64,000 nt of DNA from positions 28,808-92,807 of the forward strand of contig JBEKOV010000001.1 of the NCBI GenBank assembly GCA_049521415.1, given 5' to 3'. Both the position numbers and the translations under genes were made by a program. This document shows positions 63,243 through 64,000 of this stretch, piece by piece. Position 1 is the first letter of the stretch. Every line of letters begins with the position of its first letter. This DNA is from Chthoniobacteraceae bacterium (GTDB taxonomy: Bacteria > Verrucomicrobiota > Verrucomicrobiia > Chthoniobacterales > Chthoniobacteraceae). Below the pieces are notes generated by a model. The model was not told the DNA's origin. It ran no database searches and was given only the letters and a program-made list of their open reading frames with translations.

Positions 63243-63453
63243 CTCTTTCTGGACGCCGACGGGGGGCGGCTCGACATCGCTTTTTCCTCCAGCCCCTCCC
63301 GTGCCGGTCACCGCGCCCTCCGGGAACGGCATGGACAAGAATGGGCTCATCCGGGCGCAGGCCGCGGCGGCGGCGCTCGCGCTGGCATCGCAACAACTCG
63401 ACCCGGCTTTCCCCTTCACGGCACTGCAATTCAACGTAGCCCTCCTTTCCTGA
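63243..63453 (+). pseudogene. displaced 3' segment of the interrupted tail gene
   Basis: Open frame through the right target duplication (tct ttc tgg acg...) in the same codon phase as the left copy; ends at TGA 63451-63453. Confidence 0.65.
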
Positions 63454-63475
63454 ACCTCATTGAGGCCTTCCAACT

Positions 63476-64000
63476 ATGCCTAATCCATCTCAGCTCGTGA
63501 ATGTCGATTTGACCGGGAAAACCAGCGACTGGACACCCCCTCCGATTACCTTCGGCGAGGATCTGACGCTGGTGCTGCGATTCACGATTGACAACAACGG
63601 CAGCGCGATCTCGCCAAACATGACGATCACCGGGATGAAGGCGAGTGTGGGCAATGTAGATGCGCGGCCCCTGGGGGGCGGCACATGCCTAGTGATCGGA
63701 AACGGGCCGGCCAGCTCGGCCAATACGACGGCGCCCATCCTCTTCAATGATCTTCCAAGCACGGTGGCGGCGAAGATCAATGCGTTGTCGGGAGTGGTGG
63801 CAGCCTATGGGATATGCAAGGCGTTCTCGGTTCCCGGTGGCTACGCGCTCTTCTTTGGGACCAGGGCGGCGGAAGTCCCGATCTCGGCGACGAATAATCT
63901 GCTGTGGCCGGTGAGTTTTGTGCGCGTGAGCGCGTGGCAGAATGGAGCGGAGTGGGTTCACCAGGTGCGCTTCACGCAGGCGCCGGTGGCTTTTACCTCT
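63476..64000 (+). CDS. hypothetical phage structural protein, 3' end outside window; not in the ORF track
   Basis: ATG 63476, 175 codons open to the window edge: MPNPSQLVNVDLTGKTSDWTPPPITFGEDLTLVLRF... Confidence 0.6.
   Translation, partial: MPNPSQLVNVDLTGKTSDWTPPPITFGEDLTLVLRFTIDNNGSAISPNMTITGMKASVGNVDARPLGGGTCLVIGNGPASSANTTAPILFNDLPSTVAAKINALSGVVAAYGICKAFSVPGGYALFFGTRAAEVPISATNNLLWPVSFVRVSAWQNGAEWVHQVRFTQAPVAFTS

Larger units (their letters stand above)
43760..64000. mobile_element. phage-like island (probably a defective prophage); right end outside window, left boundary approximate
   Basis: GH108 endolysin with small TM proteins and a spanin-like protein, tape-measure-like protein with flanking tail-type ORFs, morphogenesis-like ORFs, dense start/stop overlaps, many orphan small ORFs. 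Confidence 0.6.

Overview
High-GC (over 60% by eye, not computed) bacterial chromosome segment. The gene content suggests Verrucomicrobiota: a PEP-CTERM giant beta-helix protein, many prepilin-type N-terminal proteins, and ExbBD/TPR clusters. This taxonomic call is inference only.

Bases 1-43.65 kb are ordinary chromosome:
- a partial ABC exporter
- an ECF sigma/anti-sigma module flanked by two LTXXQ (Spy/CpxP-like) proteins
- larC, prmC and murA
- an L-rhamnose catabolic cluster (bifunctional aldolase/SDR, rhaB, DeoR regulator)
- rnc, a second sigma factor and tRNA-His
- exbB-exbD-exbD-TPR, a PpiD-like chaperone and mnmG
- the complete pdhA-pdhB-E2-lpdA operon, transaldolase and a GlcD-like oxidase
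- a YhaM-like HD nuclease, rhomboid protease, esterase, HxlR regulator and HtrA
- a pseudopilin cluster followed by a 977-aa PEP-CTERM protein

From about 43.7 kb to the window end lies a phage-like island. It has a leftward early operon, a palindromic divergent control region, a translationally coupled lysis cassette (small TM proteins, GH108 endolysin, spanin-like protein), a leftward structural or morphogenesis block, and a rightward tail block with a tape-measure-like protein. The island looks degraded: it carries a 13-bp tandem duplication, a homopolymer frameshift and a C5-methyltransferase remnant.

The clearest discovery is a 2,430-bp low-GC IS1-family transposon at 60813-63242. It has perfect 17-bp terminal inverted repeats and an 8-bp target duplication. 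Its cargo is an RHH protein, a tRNA-like element with CUA at the anticodon position, two small coupled ORFs and a PEGA lipoprotein. It has split a tail gene, and removing it in silico restores one continuous ORF.

Other sequence-level signals are recurrent A-rich (NNNGAAA)n arrays at gene starts, and a roughly 90-bp intergenic repeat family with 9-bp-phased AAGGAC motifs. Many long ORFs in the track are GC-rich antisense or shadow ORFs and were rejected. All functional calls rest on motif recognition by eye. No database search was run.
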